From assembly GCF_009914755.1 (NCBI RefSeq), contig NC_060936.1: a DNA stretch of 64,000 bases; one strand, given 5' to 3'. The notes under the pieces were generated by a model, which saw only the letters and a list, made by a program, of their open reading frames with translations, had not been told where the DNA came from and did not search any database. Positions 38,719 through 60,487 of this stretch are shown here, in pieces; the stretch's first letter is position 1, and every line of letters begins with the position of its first letter. Source of the DNA: the human T2T-CHM13v2.0 reference genome, Homo sapiens. Position numbers and translations under genes: made by a program.

Positions 38719-40089
38719 GATGTGGGAAAACAAGATCAGTACAAGGGAGTAATGTCTAACACCAGTTGCAAAAGGTGAGTATAAGGCTATCAACAGTCCA
38801 TTAAGTATGTGAGAAGGAATCAAGTTGATCATATTAGAGAGTATAAAAGAGTAAGGAAACACAAAGTCTTGGCCATGAACGTGGTAAGGAGGTCAAGATT
38901 ATTTTCAATGGGTTCTAATTTTGAGGTCCATGTCGGTAAGATCATAGGCAGGTTTGGGATAGAGATCTTCAAAACGCTACATAAAGCCTTAAATTGTATA
39001 TTGATAAGTGACTATTCTTTTAAAATGTTTATTTTGCTATTTTCACTTTGTGTATCATGCTAGTACATATTTTCACTAATTACTTAAGTTGTGGAATTGC
39101 ATTTTTTTCCTTTGCAAAAAATCTCTGAATGACAGGAGTAGTATATACACCAGGAACTGAGATTAGCTACTATGCGTCACAGAGGTAAGCTACTGTCAGT
39201 GAGTCTTGTTACTTTGTGCCCAACTATTTGAAGCTATCTGAGTTAGAAAATTGGCTCATGGTCACTAATCAGTTTATTTTGTTTGCTAAGAAAACTTAAA
39301 ATCTTCCAAGATCAACACAATGTAAATTATCTTGGTCATTTGTAAAGTGAATAAATCTGAGATTACCAAGAACTGACTCTAATGTGTGAAATGACAGGTT
39401 ACTGGAGAAGTTGATTCAGTGGCAATTAGAGAGTATTCCTGAACTGCTGAGCCCAATTCAGATTATGTAAAATAAATAATCAAACCAAACTAATGTAGTT
39501 TTGACTCCATTTATTCTTTATTCAGTAAGCATGCTGCTATTTTTCATGACTGTGGTGTACATAGTATTTTGGGTTATTCATAGCATGCTTAATACCTGAA
39601 TATTTCATGGGAACACAGCTAGAAAGTTTAATAGAAACTTAAGCTAGATTTTTTAATTGAAAATATATCTCCAATTTGTATGAGTAATGAATGCTTTAAA
39701 AATGATGTAGTACCCTCTTAATTTTTCAATTATTATATATTCAAATTCCCATAAGATATAATTTATGGTTCTTCATGGACTGTTCATTATTGAACTTGTA
39801 AATACAATTCATTTCTTCAGCTAATAGCAAACAATGGGATATAAATAATGGCACACAGCAATCCCTGAAAGATACTATTTCTTAACTTATTAATATATAG
39901 TGAGATTTTTCCCAGTATTCAAGCTACTACTTGTTTCATGTTGGTACTTTCAGAACTCAGATGCAATGTGGTGAAATTTATTCTTTAGTTCATCCATTTA
40001 TTTCATTATGCAATATATAATGAGCAGTAATAGGCATTGGAGCAATTGTTAGATATAAGAACTGTAAAACAAATAGAAAGTTCCAAAGG

Positions 40090-40125
40090 GTATATAGCAC
40101 AGTGAAGTATATAGCACAGTGAAGT
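40090..40125. repeat. 17-bp tandem duplication
   Basis: gtatatagcacagtgaa x2 plus gt. Confidence 0.95.
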
Positions 40126-40167
40126 GAGTTATCACTGTGTTACAAGCTAATAGGTATCACACTATAT

Positions 40168-40388
40168 TAACAGCTAACATTTATTGAGCATTAAGCAGTT
40201 ACGTGTATTAACTCATTTATTCCTTGTAACAACCCAAAAAGGTGGACCTTTTTATTATGATCCTTAGCATACAAATATCTGAGTCATAGAGACAACAATG
40301 AGCTTAAAGCCACACAACTAATAAATACCAGAGCCAGTATGTGAGCCCAGGAAGTCTAGCTCCAATGTCGGTGCTTTAATCCAATACA
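40168..40388 (-). mobile_element. MIR
   Basis: aacagctaacatttattgagc...tattaactcatttattccttgtaacaaccc...gagcccaggaagtctagctcc. Confidence 0.8.
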
Positions 40389-40879
40389 TAAGGAATAAAA
40401 TGCACAGGATGCAGTTAGAGCACAGAGAAAATCCATGTCAGATGGCTGTTTTGGTGAAGAGATAAGAAGAAAAACTCTGGGGCTGATGGAAACCGCCTGC
40501 ATAATAGCATGAGGAATACAGTCTGTGTGTTTGAGGACAGTAAGAAGTTCTATGGGGTTGATTAGAAGTGTTCATGTGGGAAATAGAGCTGGGATTTTAG
40601 GGCAAGCATCAGAGCATGATGGACTTTAGGTGTTAATCTAAGAAATTTGAACTTTATTCTGGAAGCTGTGGGGAACTATTGGAACATTTTAAGGGCTTTA
40701 AGAAAGGCAGCAATATGATCATACTTGCCTTTTGGAAAAGTCATCCTGGCAGATGTATTGAAGTGCTGGTTAGGAGGCAATTGATGGAAACCAGGCAAGA
40801 GTTGATGAGAATGCAAACAAAAATACTGATATGGTAGAGAAAAGGAGACAAAGGCATAGGTTGAGTACTTTTCATATCT

Positions 40880-41085
40880 AAAATGGCTATCAGTTAATAT
40901 GCACTTTCTATGTGCATTTTACTTGGCACGGTATATACGTACTCAGTTAATCCCAAGTACTTCTATGAGAGTTATTTCATTATTGATGTCTTGTAATGAG
41001 GTAAATAAAGGCTTAGAGTAGTTAAGTAGCCCACCGAAGGTTATAAGCTAGTCAGTGATGGATTCAGGAGTTCAGATCTACAAAT
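40880..41085 (-). mobile_element. MIR (diverged)
   Basis: cactttctatgtgc...gttaatccc...gaggtaaataaaggcttagagtagttaagtagccc...aaggttataagctagtcagtgatgg. Confidence 0.6.
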
Positions 41086-41244
41086 TGCACCCTTTCTAGT
41101 CTGTGTGATGTTTCTAGCCATGAGATTCTTTAAGGACACCTGGTAGAAAAATGCTAAACTAGAAATATGAATCAGATTAGCATTGTTTCTCTTATCCATG
41201 TGAATTATGATGTCATTCACCAAAATATGGAAAAGCTAAATTCT

Positions 41245-42253
41245 TTATTTCTTGAAAAAATAAACGGGATATTCATGCAGAACATGCAGGCTTGTTACAT
41301 GGGTATACCTGTGCCATGGTGATTTGCTGCCCCTATTGACCCATCCTCTAAGTTCCCTCCCCTCACCCCCAGTCAGGCCCTGGTGTGTGTTGTTCCCCTG
41401 TGTCCATGTGTTCTCATTGTTCAACTTCCACTTATGAGTGAAAACACGTAGTGTTTGGTTTTCTGTTCCTGTGTTAGTTTGCTGAGAATCATGGCTTCCA
41501 GCTTCATCCATGTCCTTGCACAGGACATGATCTCATTCCTTTTTATGGTTGCATAGTATTTCATGGGGTATATGTACCATATTTTCTTTGCCCAGTCTGT
41601 CATTGATGGGCATTTGGGTTGGTTCCATGTCTTTGCTATTGTAAATAGTGATGCAATAAACATGTGTGTGCATGTGTCTTTACAGTAGAATGATTTTATA
41701 TTCCTTTGGGTATATACCCAGTAATGGGGTTGCTGGGTCAAATGGTATTTCTGGTTCTAGATCCGTGAAGAGTCACCACACTGTCTTCCACAATAGTTGA
41801 AATAATTTACATTCCCACCCACAGTGTAAAAGCGTTCCTATTTCTCCACAGCCTTGCCAGCATCTATTGTATTGTTTCCTGACTTTATAGTAATCGCCAT
41901 TCTGACTGGCATGAGATGGTATCTCATTGTGGTTTTGATTTGCATTTCTCTAATGATCACTGATGTTCACCTTCTTTTTATATGTTTGTTAGCTGTGTAA
42001 ATATCTTCTTTTGAGAAGTGTCTGTTCATATCCTTCACCCACTTTTTGATGGGGTTGTTTTTCTCTTGTAAATCTGTTTATTTTGTAGGTTGTCTGTTCA
42101 CTCTGATGATAGTTTCTTTTGCTGTGCAGAAGCTCTTTAGTTAGTTTAATTAGATCCCATTTGTCAATTTTGGCTTTTGGTGTTTTTGTCATGAAGTTCT
42201 TGTCCATGCCTGTGTCCTGAATGGTATTGCCTGGGTTTTCTTATAGGGTTTTT
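41245..42253 (-). mobile_element. 5'-truncated L1PA8-like with internal deletion near 42080
   Basis: aaacgggat...cctattgacccatcctctaagttccctcccctcacc 3'UTR; TSD aagctaaattct (41233-41244)/aaggtaaattct (42254-42265). Confidence 0.9.
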
Positions 42254-42329
42254 AAGGTAAATTCTAATGAAATTTTCTCAAAAGAGATATTTCTAACTGC
42301 TGTATTCATTTATTATACCTCATTTTTCA

Positions 42330-43610
42330 AACTCTGATCTGGCATTGGGTTCCTCAACTCCATCATAAAAACTCTTCATGGGATCAGCAATTACCTTCTG
42401 TCTCTAAATTCAAAGAATACTTTTAATACTTTTCTTAGTCTGCTCCTCAGTAACACTGAGCACTATTTTCTACTTTCTTGCTTTAAAACGTTCTTATATT
42501 TGAATTTTTTGCAACAATACTATTTGATCTTCTCCCAACCTCTTTGTATCTTGTTCAGGTCTATCAGTCTGAAGCACTAAATAGTGAAGTTACTTAAACT
42601 TAGTTATAGAACCTCTCCTCTCCTAATCTGGTATTTTCTTTCACCTTCATGACTTCAATTATTACCTGTAGAGAGGTAACAGACACAATTAACCAGGCCT
42701 CTTCTGTGATATTTATTCTTGGCAACTCAATGGCATTCCAAATACAGGAGATCCAAAAAAAATAAACTTATGACATTCTCCCTCACTTCTAGTCCTTTTT
42801 CACTCTCTGTGAATGGCACTGCATTCTATTTATTTCTATAAGCAAGGAACTTAGCAGTCATCATGGATACAGTATTCTTCCCTACCTACTGAATCTAAAC
42901 CACTACCAATTCTTGTCAATTGTATTTGCTAAGTATTTCTCAAGTCAGATTGTTTAAAGTCCATGGCCAACACAACATTCCCTGCTGTATTCATTGCTAG
43001 CATGGGATTCTCCATAGTCTATAAACAAGTTTTCCCAGTCTTCCCTAAACTTTCCTTTAACTCATTATCTATACTGTATTGGAGAGTGATTTGTCAAAAG
43101 TACATTTTGAATCATATTCTTCTACTTAATGCAAATTGCCGATAGGTTCCAGAATTCTTATCAGAGCCTTCAGCGCCCTGCATCATATAACCTCTACCTT
43201 CTGCTTGTACCATTCTTCTACTCTCTTATATAGTCCCAATGCCTTTCTTCCTATCTTTTGTACTCACTATTTATTTGTATATATTGCTCCTTTTTCTTGG
43301 AAGACTTTTCCCTTTATTAGATATTTTCTACTCATTGTACGGTTTGCAGTTTCCATATCACTTCCTCTAGTGATGTTTCTCTGACCTCCTTATACCAGAT
43401 CACTCTATTCAAGATCCTTATAACACTTTCTCCATTAGCTTTCTACTTTTGTAATTTTATATTTTTGCAACCATCAATTGACCAATACCTGTACCTTTTC
43501 TTATGTGTCTCCCCATTCTTACCTATGATGGAAACTGGATCCTGGTCTGGTCACCATTGTTTCTTGAGAATCTTGTATTGCTTGGCACTTGGTAAATATT
43601 CAATTAACTT
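42330..43610 (+). mobile_element. L2 LINE (diverged)
   Basis: catgacttcaattattacct, ctctgtgaatggcactgcatt, cactaccaattcttgtcaatt, gcttggcacttggtaaatattcaatta. Confidence 0.6.
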
Positions 43611-43805
43611 AATCTTTATGATAATCTGATATAATCCTTGTAAAAAGTGTTCATTGTACAAATGAAGACAATGTTGCTCTAGCACGTAAGTCATAACCTC
43701 TCTAAACTTCTCCTTCTATGAATACTCAATTTTAGTTTTACAGTGAAGCAAGTCCCTTTATGTTCAAACTCCCCAGTAATTTGCAGAAATTTCAATGACT
43801 AAGAG

Positions 43806-43987
43806 CTGGGCTGTTCAATATAGAAGTCTCTAATAACATGTGAGTGTTTAAGAATAAAAATGCAGGTCCTCAGTTGCACTAGCTACATTGTATGGGCTCA
43901 AAAGCTATATATGGCTAGTGGCTACCATATCAAACAGCATAGATATAGAATGTTATCCTCATAGGAAGCTGCATTGGATAGCACTGC
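43806..43987 (-). mobile_element. MER3 hAT-Charlie element
   Basis: cctcagttgcactagctacatt...tggctagtggctaccatatcaaacagcatagatatagaatgtt...cattggatagcactg. Confidence 0.85.
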
Positions 43988-45304
43988 TTTAAGGAAAGAT
44001 CATTCTTTGTTGAAATTTTAGTTCTGTAATTGACATATCAACATAAAGTGTGAGTAGATTAGATTTGCAGATAAAAACTGGATTTACAGATTCAATTTTC
44101 TCGAATATTTTAAACCTAAAAAAATGCTTTTATACAAGGCCTGTTCTCTCTTTTTGAATAAAATTCTATACCAAATTTCACAACACAAAGATTTGTGTGA
44201 ATATTTGGGAGAGGGACTTTGTCTGCATGTACAATTGTGTGTACATATTAATGCTTAAAGGTAACGTATTCAGATTTTTAAATATCATTTTACAGGTCAA
44301 GTCAGAAGTAGTTGTTATAAGAGGGAAGATATTTTGGGAAGGATATATTAATGTACAAAGGACTTGGAAAAGGCCAAGGATGGCAACTGGAAAGGAGAAA
44401 AAAAGGACAATAACTCCAACTCCAGCCAATCTGAAAAAAAATTAAGCACATTGGACTACATATATGAATTCTTCCAAACATATTTAGGTCTGATCTGGGG
44501 AAGGGAGGCCTTCCTAGACAATGGTTCTTTGATGCCCTTGACTTTGAATTGCCTAGCTAGCTTCAAAGAAATGGCCTAAAATTGTTCTCATTCTCTATTA
44601 ATTTAAAGTTTCCCCTGTGGTTTTTATAATGAACAATGCTTTTCTTTGTCTTGCCAAAATCCTTAAAAACAATAAACACAACTAGACATCTCTCTCAAAC
44701 TCAGACAGAAACAAAATAAACTCTTTTTAGCTGAATATTTATTTATTTTTTCCCATCCAGGATGAGGTTTTTTTTTATTTTTTAATGAGGCGTAAAAGGA
44801 GATACTTCTAGTCCCACACACAGTGAGACCAAAATCATAGATAAATTGTTTCATTCAAACTTCAATTCAGCTTTTAAAATATGTTATCTAAATGGCATGG
44901 ATAATTTTCAGATTATTTATTTGATATCCTCTCTAATCAAATAATATAATTTGTAGTGTGATGACAACAGTTGACTTACAGTTCCTAACACCTTGAACTT
45001 CGCAAGTCATTCTGACCACTCCCCAATATGGAAAATTTATTTATTGATTAAGAGGAAGTATGCAGGGCACAAGATGCCAAAAGTGTCATACAACTTGCTG
45101 GAGTTATGTTTTATTATTAAGAATGAAATTCTATAGTTACAGAAATATTTTTAATAGACATACGTTAATATTTTCATTAAAATATAAAGTATAAACATGG
45201 CTGTAGTAGTTCACAAACACTATTGACAAATCCTTCCTAAGTTAACCCATCAGGATATCATGTCTTCCTCTGGAAAATGCACAGAATCACATTCTGAGTA
45301 AAGA

Positions 45305-45500
45305 GGGATGTAACACAGTGAAAGAATATGTGTTGAAGTCAGATAGGTCTAGGTTCAAATCTTCATACCATTATTTAACAGCTTGGATAGTTACTCAACT
45401 TCTAGTCCTATTTCTTTGTCCGTAAATGGAGAGAGAAATACTATATTTCACGTTGTTGTGAGAACAGGGACACAGTGTACATTGTAAAGCCAGTGTTACA
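45305..45500 (+). mobile_element. MIR
   Basis: acagtgaaagaata...gaagtcagataggtctaggttcaaatc...gttactcaacttct...cgtaaatggag...gttgttgtgaga. Confidence 0.7.
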
Positions 45501-46189
45501 TACAAGTTGGCCATCTTTATAATGTTATCATCATGATCATCATAAATATAGCCCCTCCCTTTTCCCCATGTAGGTAAGAATTCTATTGGTAATTGTTGAC
45601 TTTGCCTTATTCATCTTGTTATTCTTAAAACATAGAATGATTTATATATTCTGTTCAACAGTCTTTGGGTTTAATTGTCACTGTTAAAAGCCATTTGTTT
45701 TATTCGTCTTTCCTCAGAGATTCTTCGTATAATTTGTTGATTAAAAAATCTCTGATGTAAGGATGAAAATATATTTAGAATATATATCCTCAACTTGATA
45801 GGCTCTTCATGAGAAGAGTGGTGCCTTAATTGTGTGCTTGTGCTTACCATAGTGTTCTGTACATCCTACTACTTCACGCATACTTGTTAAATTGCTTTCT
45901 TTAAACAGCTCCATCACTAACCTTCCTAGTTCAGTTAATAATTTGTCACAATCCACTCATGGCCATCCTTTTTCTCACTCTTGCTCTTACCCAAAATCTA
46001 ATCAGAATTTAAGCTGCATCTATTTTCTTCTGACAAATGTTCTGTTTCCACTATTCTCTACTTTGTCTAACTGCCTAGTGCTTGAGAGTAAGGATTTGGT
46101 AATGTTTTAAAATCCATTTTACTTCTTCACTTCTTCCTTTACACTGTTTTGCATTCCACTCACGTGTCTGGATCAAGACTCACTCTTGC

Positions 46190-46690
46190 TTCTCTTTTAT
46201 TATTTTACAAGTCACTACATTGGAGACTTTTTTGCTGGCTCTTCATTTCCTTAACCTCTGCATATAGTGGTGGCCCAAGACTCAATCTCCAGTCCTTTAT
46301 TACTGTTTACTCTTTAGGTGACCTCAATTGATTTTGGGGGTTTAAATACCATCTATGTCCTGGTGACACTCACATATAGATCTCTGATCAAGATCTCACC
46401 CTGAACTCCAGGTTTGTTTATCCAACTGCCTAGGCAACTTTTATACTTAGATATCGAACAGGCATCTCAATACATTGCACTGACATCCGAAGTACTTTTC
46501 ACTGACAATCTAGATATACAGTACGACTACATTTTATTTGCTTATTCTCTGTATTTTACTACTAAAATATAAGCATTGTGAGGTAGAGATGCTGTCTCTT
46601 TCATTTTCTTATTGCAGAAGAACAGTGCCTAGAAGATGGCAGTACTTCACACATATAACATATTGAATGAAGAAATGAATCAGTCAATAC
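46190..46690 (+). mobile_element. L2 fragments
   Basis: tttaaataccatctatg...gatctcaccctgaactccagg...tatccaactgccta...caggcatctcaa...gaacagtgcctag...tattgaatgaagaaatgaat. Confidence 0.75.
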
Positions 46691-46751
46691 TATATACTCT
46701 TTATTTTAATTTTCAGTGTTCTTTCGGTATATATTCTTAAAATTGATTAAA

Positions 46752-47120
46752 TGTCCACTTTTCAGATTGAGTTCCCAGGAAGCACAGTCTGAGCTAAAGA
46801 TTAGTTGTAAAAAAATCTTATTGGGGCATACTCTGAGGACAAACTCCTGGGAGTTGAGTGAAAAAAGCAGAATTAGATGAAAAGACAAGTTAGTCTATGA
46901 TCCCAAGAACATACGGCACTGTAGAATTGTCCAGAAATGGGGCCAGGATAAGGGGAATATTTATAACCTGCATCAAGAAGACATTCAACGCAAGTTGTTT
47001 TGGAGGAGGCAATGTTGGAATAAAGGTGATCTCTGCCTGGGTGTCAGCTATGTGCTATTAGCCTCCTACTTGCACAGTATCTGAAGGAACAAATGTTTTA
47101 GTACCAAGAGGTTCCACAGT
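46752..47120 (-). mobile_element. ERVL-type LTR (LTR16/LTR33-like)
   Basis: gagttcccaggaagcacagtctgagctaaagattag...ttattggggcatactctgaggacaaactcctgg. Confidence 0.5.
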
Positions 47121-47689
47121 ATCCAGTATTATTATTTTCAAGGTTAGATGATTCAAAGAAATGAACAGTTTCCAAACTGTATGAAGAGATTATAGTGACC
47201 CACATGATGAATAAAAATGCATCGTATTCACTGAGACATTAGAGAAGATCATCGAAGAAGGTAGAAAAGCAAGTAGAGCAGAACCTGAAAGAACATAGGA
47301 TTTTTAAACAGCAGGTCTTCAAGTAGAGACAAGTTCATGTACAAATGAAATAGAGCAATTAGGAAGACAGCCATCTATTTTCAGGGCTTTTTCAATGTAA
47401 GTTTTGCTCACTTCTCTATGTGAATGTCGTGTATGTTTGCTGCTTCTGCTTACTTCCTAGTTGTTTGAAGTACATGACACTGTTCTCTTCAAATATCTAT
47501 AGTCTCTTGGGTTGCTCCTTATCAAGATCCTTCAGAAGACCTGCTTCTTCTGATAACTTATGGAGCAAACTTCTAACATTTTTGGGGAGAGATTCTGTTA
47601 ATTACTTACCATTAGCACTTTCAACACTTTTTCTTACTAACAGAAATAGGCTTGCTTGAGATTGCAATGAGCTGAAATAATACTTGCGT

Positions 47690-48062
47690 TACTCTTTCGG
47701 ATAGTTATAGTCACATGACAATTTTTTGCCAATGAGAGATAATCAAGGGGAAAAAAGTTTTGGTTTTCTCATATTGAAATTGCTGCTTTCTACTTAGCTG
47801 TTTTCCTGTCTAGACTGTGGATATGAGGTAGAGATGCAGCATCTTCTTATTATCATGAAGTGGTAAATGTGAACATGAAAGCCAACACACCAGTAGATTC
47901 AGAGTGGAAATACAAAAATAACCTAGGACCCTGAAGCCAGTGTAAACAGTTGCAAAGCCCTGGAGTGATCCCCTCTGGATTTCTAGTTATGTGAGAAAAC
48001 TGAGTCTTTTAAAAAAAATTACTACTAATTGGGTATTCTGGTACTTGTTGCTAACCACATTT
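47690..48062 (+). mobile_element. Old MLT1 (J/K-like) LTR
   Basis: gtcacatgacaatttttgccaatgagag...gcagcatctt...tctggatttctagttatgtgagaaaa...gggtattctggtacttg. Confidence 0.6.
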
Positions 48063-48099
48063 TTAAATGTTAACCTTTTCTTGGTTCACTTCTCATTCT

Positions 48100-48950
48100 G
48101 TATTTTTCTCCAAATTAGCTATACATAAACCCCATGTACTGATAACTCATAAATCTATATTTCTATCATAAACCTATATTTCCATCTGGATCCCATTTCC
48201 TGAGATCCAAAATGATACTCAGACATACACTGACTGTCTCTCTTTTTGGTATTTATTAAGCATTCAAAATCAGTAACTTTATTCACAAACTCTTTGTTAT
48301 GTTCCCCATATTTGGCCACTTCTCTTTATACTGTTGGGGTAGTAATGCCTATAAATTACTAAATAATGAAATCTAGAAGTTAGCGAAGACTTCTTCCTCT
48401 TACTTACCTCATTCAAATGATCATCAAATCTTCTGTCACCTCCCCAGTTTAACTCCTTATTAACAGGCCCATTGACTTGGTGTAGTCTCTGATCATCTCT
48501 CATTTGAACAGTGGTAAGGTGGTTCTTTCATAATATGCCTTCAATGCCTCAAACCTTCCCTTGTTCATAATGGAACCAAATGACCTTTCTAATATTTATA
48601 TATGATTTACTAAGTTAGCTTAAAAGCATCAGTTTTTTCCTGTAGACTTTGGAAAAATGCTCAGATTCTGTGTCTGTCAGTCATGTAAGATCTTAAATGT
48701 TCTGATCTCTTCCTGCATTAATGCATTCCTGCTAAATACTCCTTCTAACTCTGCATTTAATTCACGGTCATGCCATATTACTTACAGTACCCCACATGCA
48801 TGTAACATGTCATTTTATGCTTATATATTTGCACATGTCAACTTCTCATGGAGGGCTCTTTGTACTCTTGGTCCATCTGATGCACTTACGGTTACCTTAA
48901 GATTTGAAAGCATGCATTTTTACAACCTCCTCTGACATGTTTTGTTTCAA
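48100..48950 (+). mobile_element. Diverged L2
   Basis: actgataactcataaatctatatttcta...atctagaagtta...atcatcaaatcttctgtca...atcatctctcatttgaaca. Confidence 0.45.
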
Positions 48951-49066
48951 GAAAAATTGATCATCTGCAACTTTGTCTTACAAATTTTCTATAAGTATTG
49001 TTTTTAACAGGTTTTAAGGCAGAAAGGCTTATCTGTTGATGTCATGCAAAGAACTTCAAATCAGTG

Positions 49067-49920
49067 GGAGGGAGGAGCCAAGATGGCCGAATAAGAACAG
49101 CTCTGGTCTACAGCTCCCAGCGTGAGCGACGCAGAAGACGGGTGATTTCTGCATTTCCATCTGAGGTACCAGGTTCATCTCACTAGGGAGTGCCAGACAG
49201 TGGGTGCAGGTCAGTGGGTGCATGCACCGTGCACGAGCCAAAGCAGGGCAAGGCATTGCCTCACTTGGGAAGCGCAAGGGGTCAGGGAGTTCCCTTTCTG
49301 AGTCAAAGAAAGGGGTGACAGATGGCACCTGGAAAATCGGGTCACTCCCACCCGAATACTGCACTTTTCCGACAGGCTTAAAAAACGGTGCACCATGAGA
49401 TTATATCCCGCACCGGGCTCGGAGGGTCCTACGCCCACGGAGTCTCGCTGATTGCTAGCACAGCAGTCTGAGATCAAACTGCAAGGCGGAAGCCAGGCTG
49501 GGGGAGGGGCGCCCGCCATTGCCCAGGTTTGATTAGGTAAACAAAGCAGCTGGGAAGCTCGAACTGGGTGGAGCCCTCCACAGCTCAAGGAGGCCTGCCT
49601 GCCTCTGTAGGCTCCACCTCTGGGGGCAGGGCACAGACAAACAAAAAGACAGCAGTAACCTCTGCAGACTTAAATGTCCCTGTCTGACAGCTTTGAAGAG
49701 AGCAGTGGTTCTCCCAGCATGCAGCTGGAGATCTCAGAATGGGCAGACTGCCTTCTCAAGTGGGTCCCTGACCCCTGACCCCCGACAGCCTAACAGGGAG
49801 GCACCCCCCAGCAGAGGCACACTGACACCTCACACAGCAGGGTACTCCAACAGACCTGCAGCTGAGAACCCATCTGTACATCACCATCATCAAAGACCAA
49901 AACTAGATAAAACCACAAAG
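49067..49920 (+). promoter_or_regulatory. L1 5'UTR internal sense promoter and antisense promoter
   Basis: Intact YY1 site ccaagatggccg at ~49078-49089; residual CpGs; standard L1PA 5'UTR layout. Confidence 0.8.
49211..49519 (-). CDS. L1 ORF0 (open, 102 aa, C-terminally extended)
   Basis: gcaATGGcg at 49519 reads MAGAPPPAWLPPCSLISDCCASNQRDSVGVGPSEPGAGYNL..., matching ORF0p; expression unknown. Confidence 0.6.
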   Translation of the reverse strand: MAGAPPPAWLPPCSLISDCCASNQRDSVGVGPSEPGAGYNLMVHRFLSLSEKCSIRVGVTRFSRCHLSPLSLTQKGNSLTPCASQVRQCLALLWLVHGACTH

Positions 49921-54827
<4,907 letters not shown>

Positions 54828-56224
54828 ACAATGAGATCACATGGACACAGGAAGGGGAATATCACACTCTGGGGACTGTTGTGGGGTTGGGGGAGGGGGG
54901 AGGGATAGCATGGGGAGATGTACCTAATGCTAGATGACGAGTTAGTGGGTGCAGTGCACCAGCATGGCACATGTATACATATGTAACTAACCTGCACAAT
55001 GTGCACATGTACCCTAAAACTTAAAGTATAATAAAAAAAAAAAAAGAAAAACCCAACAGCACAAGATTCTAAACCAAAAGAAAAAAAAAAAGAACTTCAA
55101 ATCAGTGTCAACAGTCACTCTGGGTAGGTATGTCTGCCTTGTAAAACCAAAATTTCCATGTGGTAAGCTGTTTTAAGATTGATAGGGGCTGCAAAAGAGC
55201 CAGCTAAACTATGAATCTCACACTATTAATGTTCTCAAACAACTTTATAATAAAAAAATGTTGATTTTCATATTTCTTTCAATTGGTTCTGAAAATGGAT
55301 TTTGTTTTTTCCAACATTTGAGGCAATTACAGTATTTGAGAAACAGAATTTGGAAACCAACTAACACCTGGAGGTTGATGCTTTGTTTAGAACCATGGCA
55401 GGTAAATTTAGATGGATGGGCACAGTTGTATATATTTCTTTGGCAGTCCTTCTTAGTTGTTAAGAACCACTTAAAAATAGCTTCTGAGCCTAAGCTATCT
55501 AGGAATTTGTTGACAGAATCATTTTGTTTCTGTGGTTTTGTTTCTCAGCCATGTGTCAAGCACATTACAAAATATTTTTTTGGTTAAGTGATAATCTTCA
55601 AATGGACCAATGAACTAGCATGGAAATTATAGACTAGGCCATCTCTTCTCCTTGAGATTTTACTACTCACAGTTCACAAATTGTGGTTGTGAAACTTGGA
55701 GAACAGATACACTGCCCATCTAAATACAGGGGGTCTTTGTTAACCAAAAAATAAAACTGCATTGGGAATATTTTCTTATTAGAACAGTGGTAAGAAGAAA
55801 GTTAAATTATCACAAAAATAAAATGAAAAATAAATAACTAAAATGGGCCTGTATCTGAGATGTCTCAATCTGGGAATTTAGATTGTCATAGAAGCAAGGA
55901 AAATATTTAAATTAGAAGATAAAGAAACATGATTATTGTTTATATTAGTACTTTTTCTTGGATGTGCTATTGGTATTTTAAGGAGAACAATGTTGGAGAT
56001 ATGTCAAATATAATGTCATAAATAGGCTTATCAATCACTCACTCTTAACCTCACAAATGTGAAATATGTCCTCATTTATTGTGACAAGCCAAAGAGCCTC
56101 CTTTCCAATCAACCCTTTATGTTGAGGACCACTTCATTTAATGAAATAGGATGTTTTCTAGGATATGTTTTGAAAAAACTTTTGTTCTAGAAATAAGAAT
56201 ACATTTGGGAAGAATTGAGGAATG

Positions 56225-60487
<4,263 letters not shown>

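Larger units (their letters stand above)
39990..40860 (-). mobile_element. L2 fragment interrupted by MIR
   Basis: ttcatccatttatttcatt...; ctaagaaatttgaactttattctggaagctgtgggggaactattggaacattttaag...ttttggaaaagtcatcctggc. Confidence 0.65.
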
